Part shown: positions 18,119-28,626 of the stretch, piece after piece
How positions within the stretch are numbered: position 1 is the stretch's first letter
How the letters are laid out: each line of letters opens with the position of its first letter
Origin: Candidatus Latescibacterota bacterium
Lineage (GTDB): Bacteria; Latescibacterota; UBA2968; UBA8231
Reading direction: 5' to 3'
Length of the DNA stretch: 64,000 nt
NCBI GenBank assembly: GCA_965223905.1
Contig: CBDCXV010000009.1
Span: forward strand, 736,001 to 800,000
The notes under the pieces: generated by a model
The model's database searches: none
What the model saw: only the letters and a program-made list of their open reading frames with translations
What the model was told of the DNA's origin: nothing
Translations under genes and position numbers: made by a program

Positions 18119-19270
18119 ATGACTGAAATTTACATACCTCAGGCACAACTGACTCGGCTCGAGCGTTCGGTCGCACCGGGAAAGGTCGTCGTGGTGTACG
18201 GTCCGAGGCGGGTCGGGAAGACCACCTTGATCCGGCGCTACGTTCAGCAGCACGACCGGGACGCCCTCGTGGTGACCGGCGAGGACATCGCCGTGCGCGA
18301 GTACCTGGAAAGCCAGTCCCTTGCCAAACTGAGGGCATTCGTCGGCGGGCGGCGGACGCTGATTGTGGACGAGGCTCAGTACGTGCGCCAGATCGGCCTG
18401 AACCTCAAGCTTCTTGCGGATCACGTCGAAGGCCTCCACATCATCGCCACGGGTTCTTCCTCCTTCGATCTCGCCCGGCAGACTGGCGAGCCCCTGACGG
18501 GTCGGAAATACACGCTGCTGCTTCTGCCCCTGGCCCAGCTGGAGCTCCGGGAAGTGGAAGCAGCCCATGAAACCAAGGCCCGGCTCGAAATGCGGCTGAT
18601 CTACGGGTCCTACCCGGAGGTCGTCCTCATGGAATCAAACGAGGACCGCGAGCTCTACATCAGGGAGTTGGTCGCTTCCTATCTGTTCAAGGACATCCTG
18701 CAGCTGGAGGGGGTCCGGCATACCGACAAGCTGCTGCGCCTGCTCCAGCTGCTGGCTTTCCAGATCGGCCGCGAGGTTTCGGTGTCCGAACTGGGGACCC
18801 GGCTCGGCATGAACAAGAACACGGTGGACCGCTATCTCGACCTGCTGGAGAAAGCCTACGTCATCTACAGCCGGGGCGGCTTCAGCCGCAATCTTCGCAA
18901 GGAGATCACCAAAAGCCGTCGCTACTACTTCTACGACAACGGGATCAGGAACGGACTGATCGGCAACTTCAACCCCCTGTCCCTCCGCGACGACGCCGGC
19001 GCCCTGTGGGAGAACTACATCATGGTCGAGCGGCTGAAGTACAACCTGTACACGGGGCGCCTGGCCGAGAGCCGTTTCTGGCGCACCTACGACCGGCAGG
19101 AGATCGACCTGGTCGAGGAGTGGGGCGGGCGGCTGCACGCGGCGGAAATGAAGTGGTCCTTCAAACCTGGCCGAGCCATCCGTGCGCCCGGCGGTTGGCG
19201 GCAGGCTTATCCCGACAGCTCGTTTGAGGTGGTTCACCCCGGGAACTACCTCGGTTTCATCGCCGGCTGA
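18119..19270 (+). CDS. AAA+ ATPase (AAA_14) with DUF4143 C-terminal domain
   Basis: GPRRVGKTT, IVDEAQ, ATGSSS, LTGR, YGSYPE, YFYDNGIRN, 'WRT..QEIDL.E...AAEMKW'. Confidence 0.92.
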   Translation: MTEIYIPQAQLTRLERSVAPGKVVVVYGPRRVGKTTLIRRYVQQHDRDALVVTGEDIAVREYLESQSLAKLRAFVGGRRTLIVDEAQYVRQIGLNLKLLADHVEGLHIIATGSSSFDLARQTGEPLTGRKYTLLLLPLAQLELREVEAAHETKARLEMRLIYGSYPEVVLMESNEDRELYIRELVASYLFKDILQLEGVRHTDKLLRLLQLLAFQIGREVSVSELGTRLGMNKNTVDRYLDLLEKAYVIYSRGGFSRNLRKEITKSRRYYFYDNGIRNGLIGNFNPLSLRDDAGALWENYIMVERLKYNLYTGRLAESRFWRTYDRQEIDLVEEWGGRLHAAEMKWSFKPGRAIRAPGGWRQAYPDSSFEVVHPGNYLGFIAG

Positions 19271-19588
19271 ACTTGGGCGCGGAAAGGGTCAAGGCAAGGA
19301 AGAGTGTGCCCGAGGTGTTTGCCCGTAAGACCTCTCGGGACGCCCTAGAACACAAGACACCGACCCTGTCAGGCGACGCCCCTTACCCTATCTTCCCCCT
19401 CCATCCGACTCACACCGAGACATGCAGACGATACTAAAGTCTGGAACAGTACATCATGTGGCGCCTGTTCCGGTTCAGGCTCTAGAAATGGGTGAGTTGG
19501 TGAAGGCCAGGGGAGACGATTCAAACAAAGGGCGCCGTGACAAGAAATAGGGCGAAATGACCCCAAAGGGATAGCTGAGAGCGAAGAG

Positions 19589-19841
19589 TTGCCGTTGAGC
19601 CCTGAAGTTCCCATCCGCGAAGGACAGGTTCTGACCGGTCCGCCGTTCAACGCAACGACACTGGACCGTCTGCACGCGGCCTTGCTGCTCCAAGCCAGCG
19701 GCCACGCCAACGCGCTCCGAACGCTGATCGGCGCCGAGCAGGATCGAGACCCCGATTTTCTTCGACTCGCAAACGCTGTATCCGCGCGGCAGTCAGGAAA
19801 AGCGGCTCCTCGACGCCATGCTGCTTGCGGTTCCGAGATAG
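19589..19841 (+). pseudogene. Deletion scar joining an SNF2-helicase-like N-terminus to a DUF1156 methyltransferase-like C-terminus
   Basis: 'IREGQVLTGPPFN' directly joined to 'TTLDRLHAALLLQASG.ANALR.LI.AEQ.R.PDFLRLANA.SA' and, after a frameshift, 'KRLLDAMLLAVPR*' (recognised from memory of these families). Confidence 0.55.
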
Positions 19842-19871
19842 TCGACCACCCATGAACTACGGAGGGAAGAT

Positions 19872-20123
19872 ATGACGACCAGCGATGAACTTTTGAACCG
19901 CATAACAGCCCGTCCCGAAGTATTCGGCGGCAAGCCCATCGTGCGGGACATGCGGATATCTGTGGAGCTGATACTGAGCCTGATGAGCCAGGGAGCCACA
20001 CAGGAGGAACTCCTGGACGACTACCCTGGGCTGGAATTGGAAGACATCCGCGCCTGCATCGCCTACGCACACACAGTGATAGCTGGCGACACTCTGGCGC
20101 CGGTCTCGGTTGGAGGACGATGA
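19872..20123 (+). CDS. DUF433 antitoxin
   Basis: 'RIT..PEVFGGKPIVR.MRISVELIL...G.T.EELL.DYP.L..EDIRACIAYA'. Confidence 0.93.
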   Translation: MTTSDELLNRITARPEVFGGKPIVRDMRISVELILSLMSQGATQEELLDDYPGLELEDIRACIAYAHTVIAGDTLAPVSVGGR

Positions 20124-20479
20124 GATTCCTTACCGACCGATGCGCCGGGCGGAGGCTGGCAGAGTGGCTGCGCACCAAGGGACACGACGTCGTTGAAGCG
20201 GAGACCCTCGGCCCGGACCCCGGCGACAGGGCATTGCTAGAACGGGCGGGGTCAGAAGACCGGGTTCTGGTCACCGTCGACAAGGACTTCGGAGAACTGA
20301 TCTACCTGCGCCGAGTTGTCCACGCCGGATTGATACTGCTGCCTGACGCTCGAGTGCCCCAGCGGATCGAACTGGTTGAAGCAGTCATCGACCATCACCA
20401 TCAAGCGCTGAAAGAGCGGGCCGTGATAACGATACGCGGTGGGCGGGTTCGGATTTCACACCCGACGGCCTCAGGATGA
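20120..20479 (+). CDS. DUF5615 PIN-like toxin
   Basis: 'MRFL.D','GHDV','D.ALLERA..EDRVLVT.DKDFGEL'; ATGA coupling to DUF433. Confidence 0.9.
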   Translation: MRFLTDRCAGRRLAEWLRTKGHDVVEAETLGPDPGDRALLERAGSEDRVLVTVDKDFGELIYLRRVVHAGLILLPDARVPQRIELVEAVIDHHHQALKERAVITIRGGRVRISHPTASG

Positions 20480-20599
20480 AGCGCTGACCATTCAACGGGG
20501 CCTGCCCTTTGCGATCGTCCAACCGCCTCCTGTTCCCGTCCTCTTTGTGCGTCTGCCGGCTCGCAGGATCGGCTCTGCCCACGAGGTCTACCGGGGCCT

Positions 20600-21424
20600 C
20601 GACTATTCCAGCGAGATCATCAACGACGGCGTCATAGACGGCACTGTCTTCCTAGGCTTGGATCGCCGGTCGTTCCTGAGCACGGCCTGCGTTAAGCAGG
20701 CCGACATTCAGTCGGTCGTGAACGATGCGGAGGAACTTCAAGAATACAGGCAACGGGCGGCAGCCACTGCGGGCAAAGACGCCACCGCGGCGGCAGCGCT
20801 CACTGCGATTGAAGAATACCACCGGGACACCGTCGGCTCGAACCGGAGCAACAGCACCAAACCGCTCAGAACCGGGACCGTCCGTTTGGAGGACGCACGA
20901 GTTCGCCTCCAGGAGGCCAACGAGGCCCACGCGAATTATTACCAGGAGCGGTCAATAGTTGACAATTTTCCGCCTGATACAGAGGGGTGTGATGTCAACT
21001 TTAGGGTGCTCCCCGTGATACGTAGCCAAGCTAGGGGACCTGGAAGCACTTGAAGCGGAGGCGGGTAAAGCAGAGCGTGACCGGGAAATCGTCGAAGCCG
21101 CGATAAGGTCAAAGGCAGCGGATGAAGCGCAAAGGAAATTTTGACCGGGCACGCGAGTTGAGCGCCAGGCACCCCCATGATCCAGGGCCGGAACATGAAC
21201 AGCAAGGAGAAAAGGTGCAGCAGATCAGGATAGCCCTCTACAGATGGAACAACCGGCCCGCGCCCGTCAACCTCACCGGGCCCAGCGCGGAGGAACTCCG
21301 TCGGCAACTAAACGACCTGCCGCCCATGCCAGGAGGAGACATCGAGCCGCATTCCACTGTCGTAGGCGCAAGGGACGGTTACAACCACGCCCGGCAAAGT
21401 CTGAGAGACCATCTTTGCTGGTAG
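20600..21424 (+). pseudogene. Fragmented YhaN/SbcC-like coiled-coil AAA ATPase
   Basis: 'DG..FLGLDRRSFL.TACV.QA...QRAAATAG.DATAAAAL...NSTKPLR' internal segment with no Walker A; broken by stops and frameshifts. Confidence 0.55.
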
Positions 21425-21537
21425 ACCAGCGGAGCCGGAAACCGTAGACACTGGTGGCCAGACCTCTGGGGATATCCGCGCCCTGATTCCAGAACTCAGC
21501 TTACCGTGATATCATTATGTAAACCAAAATTGAGCTT

Positions 21538-22128
21538 ATGACCGTGATGAGTTGTCTGTTGTGGATCTCTCCAGCCTCGGACGTAATCGTAGCCGTTGCG
21601 GCGATAGTGACTGCCTGCATGGCAATCCGGGGATTACAGGTTTGGAAAAGACAAGTCAGGGGACAGTCTGAGTACGAATGTGCCCGAAGGCTTCTCGCCT
21701 CAATCCGTCAGGTGCAGTATTCCTTTGAATCCGCACGTTCACCTTTAGGGTTTACGTCCGAGGGGGAAGGCTTTTCGGGTATGTTCGATGATCGTATACG
21801 CATTATGGACGCGGCGTTTCGTGAGATGCGGACTCATGGAATAAATGCGGAAGTCCTTTGGGGGAGTGAGAAGATTCGGGGATTGCTCGACCCGATTGCC
21901 AAGTGCTGCATGAAGTGGAAAATGAGCGTAGGACGTTATTGTCAATTGGATGCGCAGTATTCGAAGCCCCACCTTCGCCGGGTCATGCCCCCGGAGGTCG
22001 TCCAAGAATATGATAGACTTGAAAAGGTTGTATATGGTGACAGACCAGACGATGTGTTCCACGGTGAATTGCTTGATGCCGTCTCTGAGGCGGAAGCCTT
22101 CCTACGACCCCGGATAGAGGTCAAGTAA
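21538..22128 (+). CDS. Hypothetical membrane-anchored protein, lower GC
   Basis: 196-aa ORF with N-terminal TM followed by 'GLQVWKRQ..G..EYE.ARRLL'. Confidence 0.7.
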   Translation: MTVMSCLLWISPASDVIVAVAAIVTACMAIRGLQVWKRQVRGQSEYECARRLLASIRQVQYSFESARSPLGFTSEGEGFSGMFDDRIRIMDAAFREMRTHGINAEVLWGSEKIRGLLDPIAKCCMKWKMSVGRYCQLDAQYSKPHLRRVMPPEVVQEYDRLEKVVYGDRPDDVFHGELLDAVSEAEAFLRPRIEVK

Positions 22129-22292
22129 GGCCCAGGATGGGCCATCGATTCAGCCGTCGCAAGGCAACCTGATCTTGTGGAAAACCCTGTGAAAAACAAT
22201 AAAGGATTAGGTTTTCCGGTGGACGGTGGATAATCTCAAACTGAGACACTACCCGGCATTGAAGGGGTGACGGCTGCGACGCGACGGGGCGC

Positions 22293-23357
22293 TCATCCGT
22301 CGAGGCTGATCCGGTCCCCGTTCGACAGCAATCCCGCCTCGTAGACCTGCATGACCTCCAGGGCGAATTCAAGGCTTCCCGTGACCGCCGCCTCGCCGGC
22401 CAGTACCCGGTCGCAGAAGTAGCGCATCTCGTTGTAGATCCCCTGCGTGAACAGGGCCTTGTTCTCCAGCGTGGAGATGTTGTTCTGCGGCTCCCAGACG
22501 ATGGCGCCGCTGTCGATGCCTTCGGGGAGATAGCTGGTGATTTGGGCGTACTGAAAGGGAATCCCTCTCTGCACCGTCACCCTGTGGTTGTTGTCTACGG
22601 TGACGCTGCAACCGTCGCCGAAGAAGCTGTAGCGTTCCAGCGGTTGAGCATCCAGCGGCTGCTGGCCGGACCCACCGCTGGACATGTGGAAGTTGCCCAT
22701 GGCGCCGCTGGCAAAATCCAGCACGCAGACGCCGCCGCCCCGCTGACCGCGGTGTACGGTAACGGCGGACACCGCGCCGCCGACTCGCATCATCAGCGAC
22801 AGGGGATGACATCCATTGGCGAGCCAGCCGTTGATTTCCCGCTCGCGCAGCACCTTTTCTGCGTCTTCCGGAACGTCCATCGAGTAGACGGCTAGCATGT
22901 TTCTCAGTGGGCCGTAGCCCTCCATGGCGAGCATTTCGATGACTTTGTCGGCGGCCGGCATGAAAGCCTTTTTGTACCCGACCACGGCCACCCTGTCCTT
23001 GCGGTGTCTGATCATCTCCTCCACCTCGCTGGCGCGCATGGCGGGCGGTTTCTCCATCCACACATGCAAGCCCGCGTCGAATGCCTGACAGGCCAGCTCC
23101 GGATGCAATTGCGGTGACACGCACAGGAACACGGCATCGAGGTCCTCGTTCCGATACATCTGCCGGGCGTTGTCGTAGCAGGCTGTCACCCCGTATTGGG
23201 AAGCGGTCGAACGCATCCGCTCCTCATCGACGTCGCAGATGGCGCGCAGCGTCACCGGCAGAAACGTCATCGTCGGCATGATGTTGCGGTAGGCGTGCGA
23301 GCCGACGCCGACCATTCCCACCCTCAGCTTGTTTTCAAACTCTCTCTGGTATGCCAT
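22293..23357 (-). CDS. Gfo/Idh/MocA family oxidoreductase
   Basis: VGMVGVG, '[15 protein letters not shown]'. Confidence 0.92.
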   Translation of the reverse strand: MAYQREFENKLRVGMVGVGSHAYRNIMPTMTFLPVTLRAICDVDEERMRSTASQYGVTACYDNARQMYRNEDLDAVFLCVSPQLHPELACQAFDAGLHVWMEKPPAMRASEVEEMIRHRKDRVAVVGYKKAFMPAADKVIEMLAMEGYGPLRNMLAVYSMDVPEDAEKVLREREINGWLANGCHPLSLMMRVGGAVSAVTVHRGQRGGGVCVLDFASGAMGNFHMSSGGSGQQPLDAQPLERYSFFGDGCSVTVDNNHRVTVQRGIPFQYAQITSYLPEGIDSGAIVWEPQNNISTLENKALFTQGIYNEMRYFCDRVLAGEAAVTGSLEFALEVMQVYEAGLLSNGDRISLDG

Positions 23358-23368
23358 CGATTACTCCG

Positions 23369-24235
23369 TCAGGCGATTTCCGGAATGGCGCGGCGGATGA
23401 AGTCCATGTCCCGCTGCACGATGTCGGCGTAGTCGTAGCCGGCTTTCTTGTCGCCGTGAGAGCCGTTCAGGCAGATCACCGGCGTTGCTCCGTCCGCGAC
23501 CACCTGTCGAGTGATCTCCACGACCGGCCAGGAGGCATCCTCCAGGGACGTTCTCCAGCAAAGGTCCGTGCTCGAGTCGTTGTGCTGCCCGCCCTTCAAA
23601 TGATAGTAGCGGACCAGATGTTTGATCGCCTGGTACACCTCGATCGAGGGAAAAGTCCCCAGCTCCCACAGATTCTGGACGTCCCAGGTGAAGGAGACCT
23701 TGCCGGTCCGGTCCAACTCCCGGAAGAAGCCGAGGATTTCGTTGGGATTGGCCAGGATGCATTGCCCGGTCTCGTTTTCTATCGTGGTGTGGAAGCCTGC
23801 TTCGTGCACTTGATCGATGGCCTCTGCGTACAGGGGAAGGGCCCAGGGATGCTCGGCCTTCAGATAGGCCACGCTGTCGCCCACCGTCGCTCTCCGGGTC
23901 GTCTGGGCCGCCAGGAGCCGGATCATTTCGGGTTGCAGGATCCGGGCAATTTCAATGGTGTGATCGACTTTCCCGAGGTGGTCCCGGCGGAATACCTCCT
24001 CGCCCAGCTCCACTTCGGGTTCGAAGAGCTGGGTCGAAAAGCAATGGACGAAGAGCCCGTGATGTTGAATCAAGTCTCGGGCTCGCAGGGCCTCCTCTTC
24101 GGTCAGGTCCACGATGCGCTTGCCGAAGACCCAGTCTTTCAGGTCCAGGAATTTCATCCCCCATTCCTGATGGCGTTCCAGCGCCTCGGAGAAGTCGCTC
24201 GATGCCATCGTGTTCAGTACGGTCAGGTCAACCAT
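23369..24235 (-). CDS. Sugar-phosphate isomerase/epimerase (xylose isomerase-like TIM barrel)
   Basis: 'IENE','WDVQN','YHLKG' metal-site motifs; operon with the oxidoreductase. Confidence 0.82.
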   Translation of the reverse strand: MVDLTVLNTMASSDFSEALERHQEWGMKFLDLKDWVFGKRIVDLTEEEALRARDLIQHHGLFVHCFSTQLFEPEVELGEEVFRRDHLGKVDHTIEIARILQPEMIRLLAAQTTRRATVGDSVAYLKAEHPWALPLYAEAIDQVHEAGFHTTIENETGQCILANPNEILGFFRELDRTGKVSFTWDVQNLWELGTFPSIEVYQAIKHLVRYYHLKGGQHNDSSTDLCWRTSLEDASWPVVEITRQVVADGATPVICLNGSHGDKKAGYDYADIVQRDMDFIRRAIPEIA

Positions 24236-24448
24236 TTGATCCCCGGGGTGTCATCCATTCCACACGACAGGCGCAGACCCGTGGTGAATGCATAGTGGTG
24301 AATGCATGGAAGTATGCAGTGGCCTTTCAGGCTCCTGATATGCCGCGTGCGCTCAGCCGCAAAGCAGCGCAGCAACGGCGTTCCGGCTGGTGATGGCCAC
24401 TTGGGCCAGCCGGAAAATGAAGCCGGACCCAAGGCCGGCGACCCGAGG

Positions 24449-27400
24449 TCAGGGCCGCCTCCGCCCGGAGAACGGCTCCGCCCTCGCCGCGGCGACGAAG
24501 CTGTCGAAGATCCCCCTGGTATCGTCCATCAGCTGCATCAGCTCCTGCTCCAGGGCGCGGCCGTCGGCGGCCCCCAGGGTCCGGGCCAGCCTTTCCAGCT
24601 CGGGGCCGCCGGGCAGGGCGGTGATCGGGCGGTTGCCCATCATGCGGAACCCCTTCTCCACCTCGCGGAAGCGGTCGTAGGCCGGCAGCAGGACCTGTCC
24701 GTCGTCGCGCCCGATCAGGCCGCTCTCGAGCAGTCGCACCAGCAGCGGCCGGGTGCCGCTCATCGCCAGCCCCGGTGTGGTTTTCCCCTGGGTGATCAGC
24801 AGGATCTGGGCGATGAGCTCGATGTCGGTGATGCCCCCTCGGCCCCGTTTGATGTCGGCGCTTCCCGGTGGCACCGATTCCTTCAGGCGGCCGTGGATGT
24901 CGACGAGGCGCTCGAAGCGGTCGCCGTCGACGGGGTCGCGGAAGAGAAAGCCCCTGATCGCCCGCTGCACCTTCCCGCACAGATCCGGATCGCCGGCCAC
25001 CGGCCGGGAACGGGACAGGGCGAGCCGCTCCCAGTCGATGGCGCGATCCTTCAGGTAGCGCCGGTACCCGGCGAGATCGATGGCTATCGGCGCCCTTCTG
25101 CCCTCGGGCCGCAGGCGCGCGTCGACCTCGTAGGAGAGCTGCTTCAGGGTCTGCATGAAGACCTGGGCGAGCTCGCTGAAGAACTCGTTGTTGTCGACGG
25201 ATCGGCCGGTCTGTCCGGCGGCGCCGTACACGAAGAAGAGGTCGAGGTCGGAGCCGAAGTTGAGCTCGCGGCCTCCGTATTTCCCTGCGGCGAAGCAGGC
25301 GAACCCGACCTCGGCGCCGCGCCGGGACCTCGGCCTTCCGCGCCGCAGGACGCAGCTGCGCCAGGCGTGGCGGAAGGCGATCCGCACCATGCTGTCGGCG
25401 AGGTCGGACAGCTGCAGGAAGGTGTCCTCCGGGGTCGACAGGCCGAGCAGGTCTTCGGCGCCGATGCGCAGCAGCTCGCGGTTGCGGTAGCGGGCGGCGG
25501 TTCCCAGGTCGAGAGCCCTGCCCTCAGGGGCTTCCCCGCCTGCGGACAGCACCGGGGTGACGAGGCGGTCGAGCAGCGCCGGATCGCGCACCACGAGGTC
25601 GGTCAGGTACTGGCTGGCGCCGCAAATGGCGATCAGCATCCTGCGGAACTCGGGGTTGCTCTCGAGGAGCTGCAGGAAGATGCCCGGGGCCCCGTAGGCG
25701 CTGATGACGCTGCGCAGCCGCACCAGGGAATGCAGCGGATCGGGCGAGGCCCCCAAAGCGGCCAGCACTCCCGGGATCGTGGTGCCGAAGTTGCGGCGCG
25801 CCAGCTCCGTCATCATCGGCTCGGAGCTCATCTCCGCCAGCATCTGGCGCGCTTCTTCAGGTGCATCGAAACCGAGGGCCCCGAGCCGCCCCTCGATGGC
25901 CGCGGGATCCGCGGTCAGCCAGTCGAGATCCTCCCCGTCCGCGGCCGGCTCGGCGAAAAAGACGTCGTCGTAGATCGCCCGCACGCGGGTCAGGTGGCCC
26001 TGGATATCGCCGTCGAGGGCGGCGGCGTCGTCGAGATCGAGGGCCGCGGCCAGACCGTTCCGGGCCGCCGGCGAGTCCGGGACCTCGTAGACCGCCCGGT
26101 CCGACTCGATCTGCAGGAGGTTCTCGAGCCGGCGAAAGAAGCGGTAGGCGGCGCGCAGGTCGCGGGCCTCGGACGCCGACAGGGTCGTGGCCGCCCGCAG
26201 TCTCGAAATCGCCTCGAGGGTGTTCGGCGCGCGCGCGCGCCGGTTGGCGCCCCCGCCGATCAGCTGCAGGCACTGGACGACGAACTCGATGTCGCGGATA
26301 CCCCCGGGGCGCAGCTTGATGTTCTCGGGATTGCGCGACCTCTCGACCTTGGCCTCGATGCGCTGCTTGACGTGCCGGATCTCCCGCTGCGGCGCCTCCT
26401 CGAGGCGTCCGGGATAGACGAAGGAAGCCAGCATCTGCTGGAACTGCTTCCACAGGCGGACGGAGCCGCCCGCCCGCCGCGCCTTGATCAGCATCTGCCG
26501 TTCCCACAGCTCCCCCCGGGTCTCGTAGTGGACCCAGTAGCTGCGTATCGAGCGCACCAGGGGCCCGCGCAGGCCGTCGGGCCGCAGGCGCATGTCGACG
26601 CGGTAGAGGCTCCCCTCCCCGGTGACCCGGGTCAGCTCGCGGATCAGGGCCTCGCCGAGGCGGGTGAAGAACTCGTAGTTGTCGATCGGCTGTCTCCCCG
26701 CGGCCGCGGCCGCGCCCTCGCCGTCGTACACGAAGAGGAGGTCGACGTCGGAGCTGAAGTTGAGCTCTTCGCCGCCGTACTTGCCGAGGGCGACGACGCA
26801 GAAGCGGGCGCGCCGGCCGCGGCTGTCGCGGGGAACACCGTAGCGTTCCTCCAGCTGCCGGGTCAGGGTCTCGAGGACGGTCTCGAGAACGAAGTCGGCC
26901 AGCCAGGCCAGCTCGGCCCCGATGCGGGAGACATCCTTGAGGCCGAGGATTTCCGAGGCTCCCAGGCGCAGGAGCTCGCGCCGCTGCGCCCGCCGCAGTT
27001 GCTCGAGACCGGTTCCGTCCGGAGTACCGAGGTCGAAGTCGCGGTGCAGGGAAGCGCTCAGCCGCCTGCGGTCCAGGGAGCGGGTGAGAAACGGGGTTTC
27101 CTCGAGGAGCCAGTGGAGGTACTCGGGATCGCGGACCAGGATGTCGGTCAGCAGGGCGCTGTGCCCCAGGAGGGCGAGCAGGCGGTCGCAGAGGGGCCCG
27201 GAGTCGGCGAGGCGGCGGTAGAGGGCGGAGGGGGCCCCGCCGGCGTGGGCGAAGCGCTCGAAGTGGCGCAGCGCCTGGTCGGGACGGCCGCAGACCGAGG
27301 CGGAGACCAGCACCTCCGGGGGCGGCGCCGAGGATGGTTCTGCGGGGGTTGCGGGGGAACGGCGCCGCGGTTTCCGGGGCGAACTTGCAGGTTCCGCGGC

Positions 27401-27544
27401 CTCGCGGAGCCGGTCGAGGATGCGGCCGGCGAGCTCCGGATCGGTGAAGCCGAGCCGCGCCAGCGGGCCCGCGGCCGCGGCTCCCTTTCCAGCCATGGCC
27501 TTGCGGGCGAGTGCCAGCAGCGGCCCCCGGTCAGCTTCCCGCAT
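24449..27544 (-). CDS. glnE: Bifunctional glutamine synthetase adenylyltransferase/adenylyl-removing enzyme
   Basis: Two nucleotidyltransferase domains: LGKYGGEELNFSSDVDL..VDMRLRPDG..WERQMLIKAR..NIKLRPGGIRDIEF and GKYGGRELNFGSDLDL..DARLRPEG..DIKRGRGGITDIE. Confidence 0.95.
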   Translation of the reverse strand: MREADRGPLLALARKAMAGKGAAAAGPLARLGFTDPELAGRILDRLREAAEPASSPRKPRRRSPATPAEPSSAPPPEVLVSASVCGRPDQALRHFERFAHAGGAPSALYRRLADSGPLCDRLLALLGHSALLTDILVRDPEYLHWLLEETPFLTRSLDRRRLSASLHRDFDLGTPDGTGLEQLRRAQRRELLRLGASEILGLKDVSRIGAELAWLADFVLETVLETLTRQLEERYGVPRDSRGRRARFCVVALGKYGGEELNFSSDVDLLFVYDGEGAAAAAGRQPIDNYEFFTRLGEALIRELTRVTGEGSLYRVDMRLRPDGLRGPLVRSIRSYWVHYETRGELWERQMLIKARRAGGSVRLWKQFQQMLASFVYPGRLEEAPQREIRHVKQRIEAKVERSRNPENIKLRPGGIRDIEFVVQCLQLIGGGANRRARAPNTLEAISRLRAATTLSASEARDLRAAYRFFRRLENLLQIESDRAVYEVPDSPAARNGLAAALDLDDAAALDGDIQGHLTRVRAIYDDVFFAEPAADGEDLDWLTADPAAIEGRLGALGFDAPEEARQMLAEMSSEPMMTELARRNFGTTIPGVLAALGASPDPLHSLVRLRSVISAYGAPGIFLQLLESNPEFRRMLIAICGASQYLTDLVVRDPALLDRLVTPVLSAGGEAPEGRALDLGTAARYRNRELLRIGAEDLLGLSTPEDTFLQLSDLADSMVRIAFRHAWRSCVLRRGRPRSRRGAEVGFACFAAGKYGGRELNFGSDLDLFFVYGAAGQTGRSVDNNEFFSELAQVFMQTLKQLSYEVDARLRPEGRRAPIAIDLAGYRRYLKDRAIDWERLALSRSRPVAGDPDLCGKVQRAIRGFLFRDPVDGDRFERLVDIHGRLKESVPPGSADIKRGRGGITDIELIAQILLITQGKTTPGLAMSGTRPLLVRLLESGLIGRDDGQVLLPAYDRFREVEKGFRMMGNRPITALPGGPELERLARTLGAADGRALEQELMQLMDDTRGIFDSFVAAARAEPFSGRRRP

Positions 27545-27554
27545 GAGGAGTCGC

Positions 27555-27962
<408 letters not shown>

Positions 27963-28034
27963 TTAATTGCCTCGCGTGACACACAATGTAAGAAACCGGC
28001 TCGAACTGCCGGAAATCCGCGGCAACCAGGGGCC

Positions 28035-28613
28035 ATGAACGGCGGCGGCGACGGCTTCTCCCGCGGACTCCTGTCGCGGCTGTTCATCGCCCAGAAAGAG
28101 CGGCCCGGCCACCTGGGGGAGATCGACCTCGAGGCGCTGACCCCGTTCGAGCGCGGGCTGCTGGTCATCGTCGGCCTGGTGACCCAGTTCATCGAGGCGC
28201 ACCAGCTCGAAGCGGTCGATGTCGAGCAGCTCTCCCAGGAGAGGATCGTCCTGGAAGGGGACCAGCCCTGGCTGCAGGCCGCGGCCGGCGACCGGGTCGC
28301 CTCGCGCTCGGTGCTGCTGACCGGCGCCGAGAGCGGCAGGGTGTACGTCCACGGGCAGGCCCTGATTGTCGAGGAACGCCTGCCTCCCGGGCTGCGAGTC
28401 GCCCTCGCCACGCGGCATCTCGGCATCGGCCGCGCCCTGCGCCGGGAGCGGATCGAGCTTTTCGGCGACCTGCTCTGGTGCGGAATGGAGCGGGTCGATC
28501 TTCCGGGCCTGTGCCACGACAGGCCGGTCGTAAGCCGCACCTACCGGTTCGTCACCGCGGGAACGCCCTCGATGTTGATCACCGAGCGCTTCGCACCTCA
28601 CGGAAACAGCTGA
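28035..28613 (+). CDS. Chorismate pyruvate-lyase-like (UbiC/DUF98) protein
   Basis: 'LTPFERGLL...G.VT.FIEA','R.VLL.G..SG..Y','GIGR.L','SRTYR....G.P.MLITE.F'. Confidence 0.75.
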   Translation: MNGGGDGFSRGLLSRLFIAQKERPGHLGEIDLEALTPFERGLLVIVGLVTQFIEAHQLEAVDVEQLSQERIVLEGDQPWLQAAAGDRVASRSVLLTGAESGRVYVHGQALIVEERLPPGLRVALATRHLGIGRALRRERIELFGDLLWCGMERVDLPGLCHDRPVVSRTYRFVTAGTPSMLITERFAPHGNS

Positions 28614-28626
28614 AGCAGGAGCCGTC

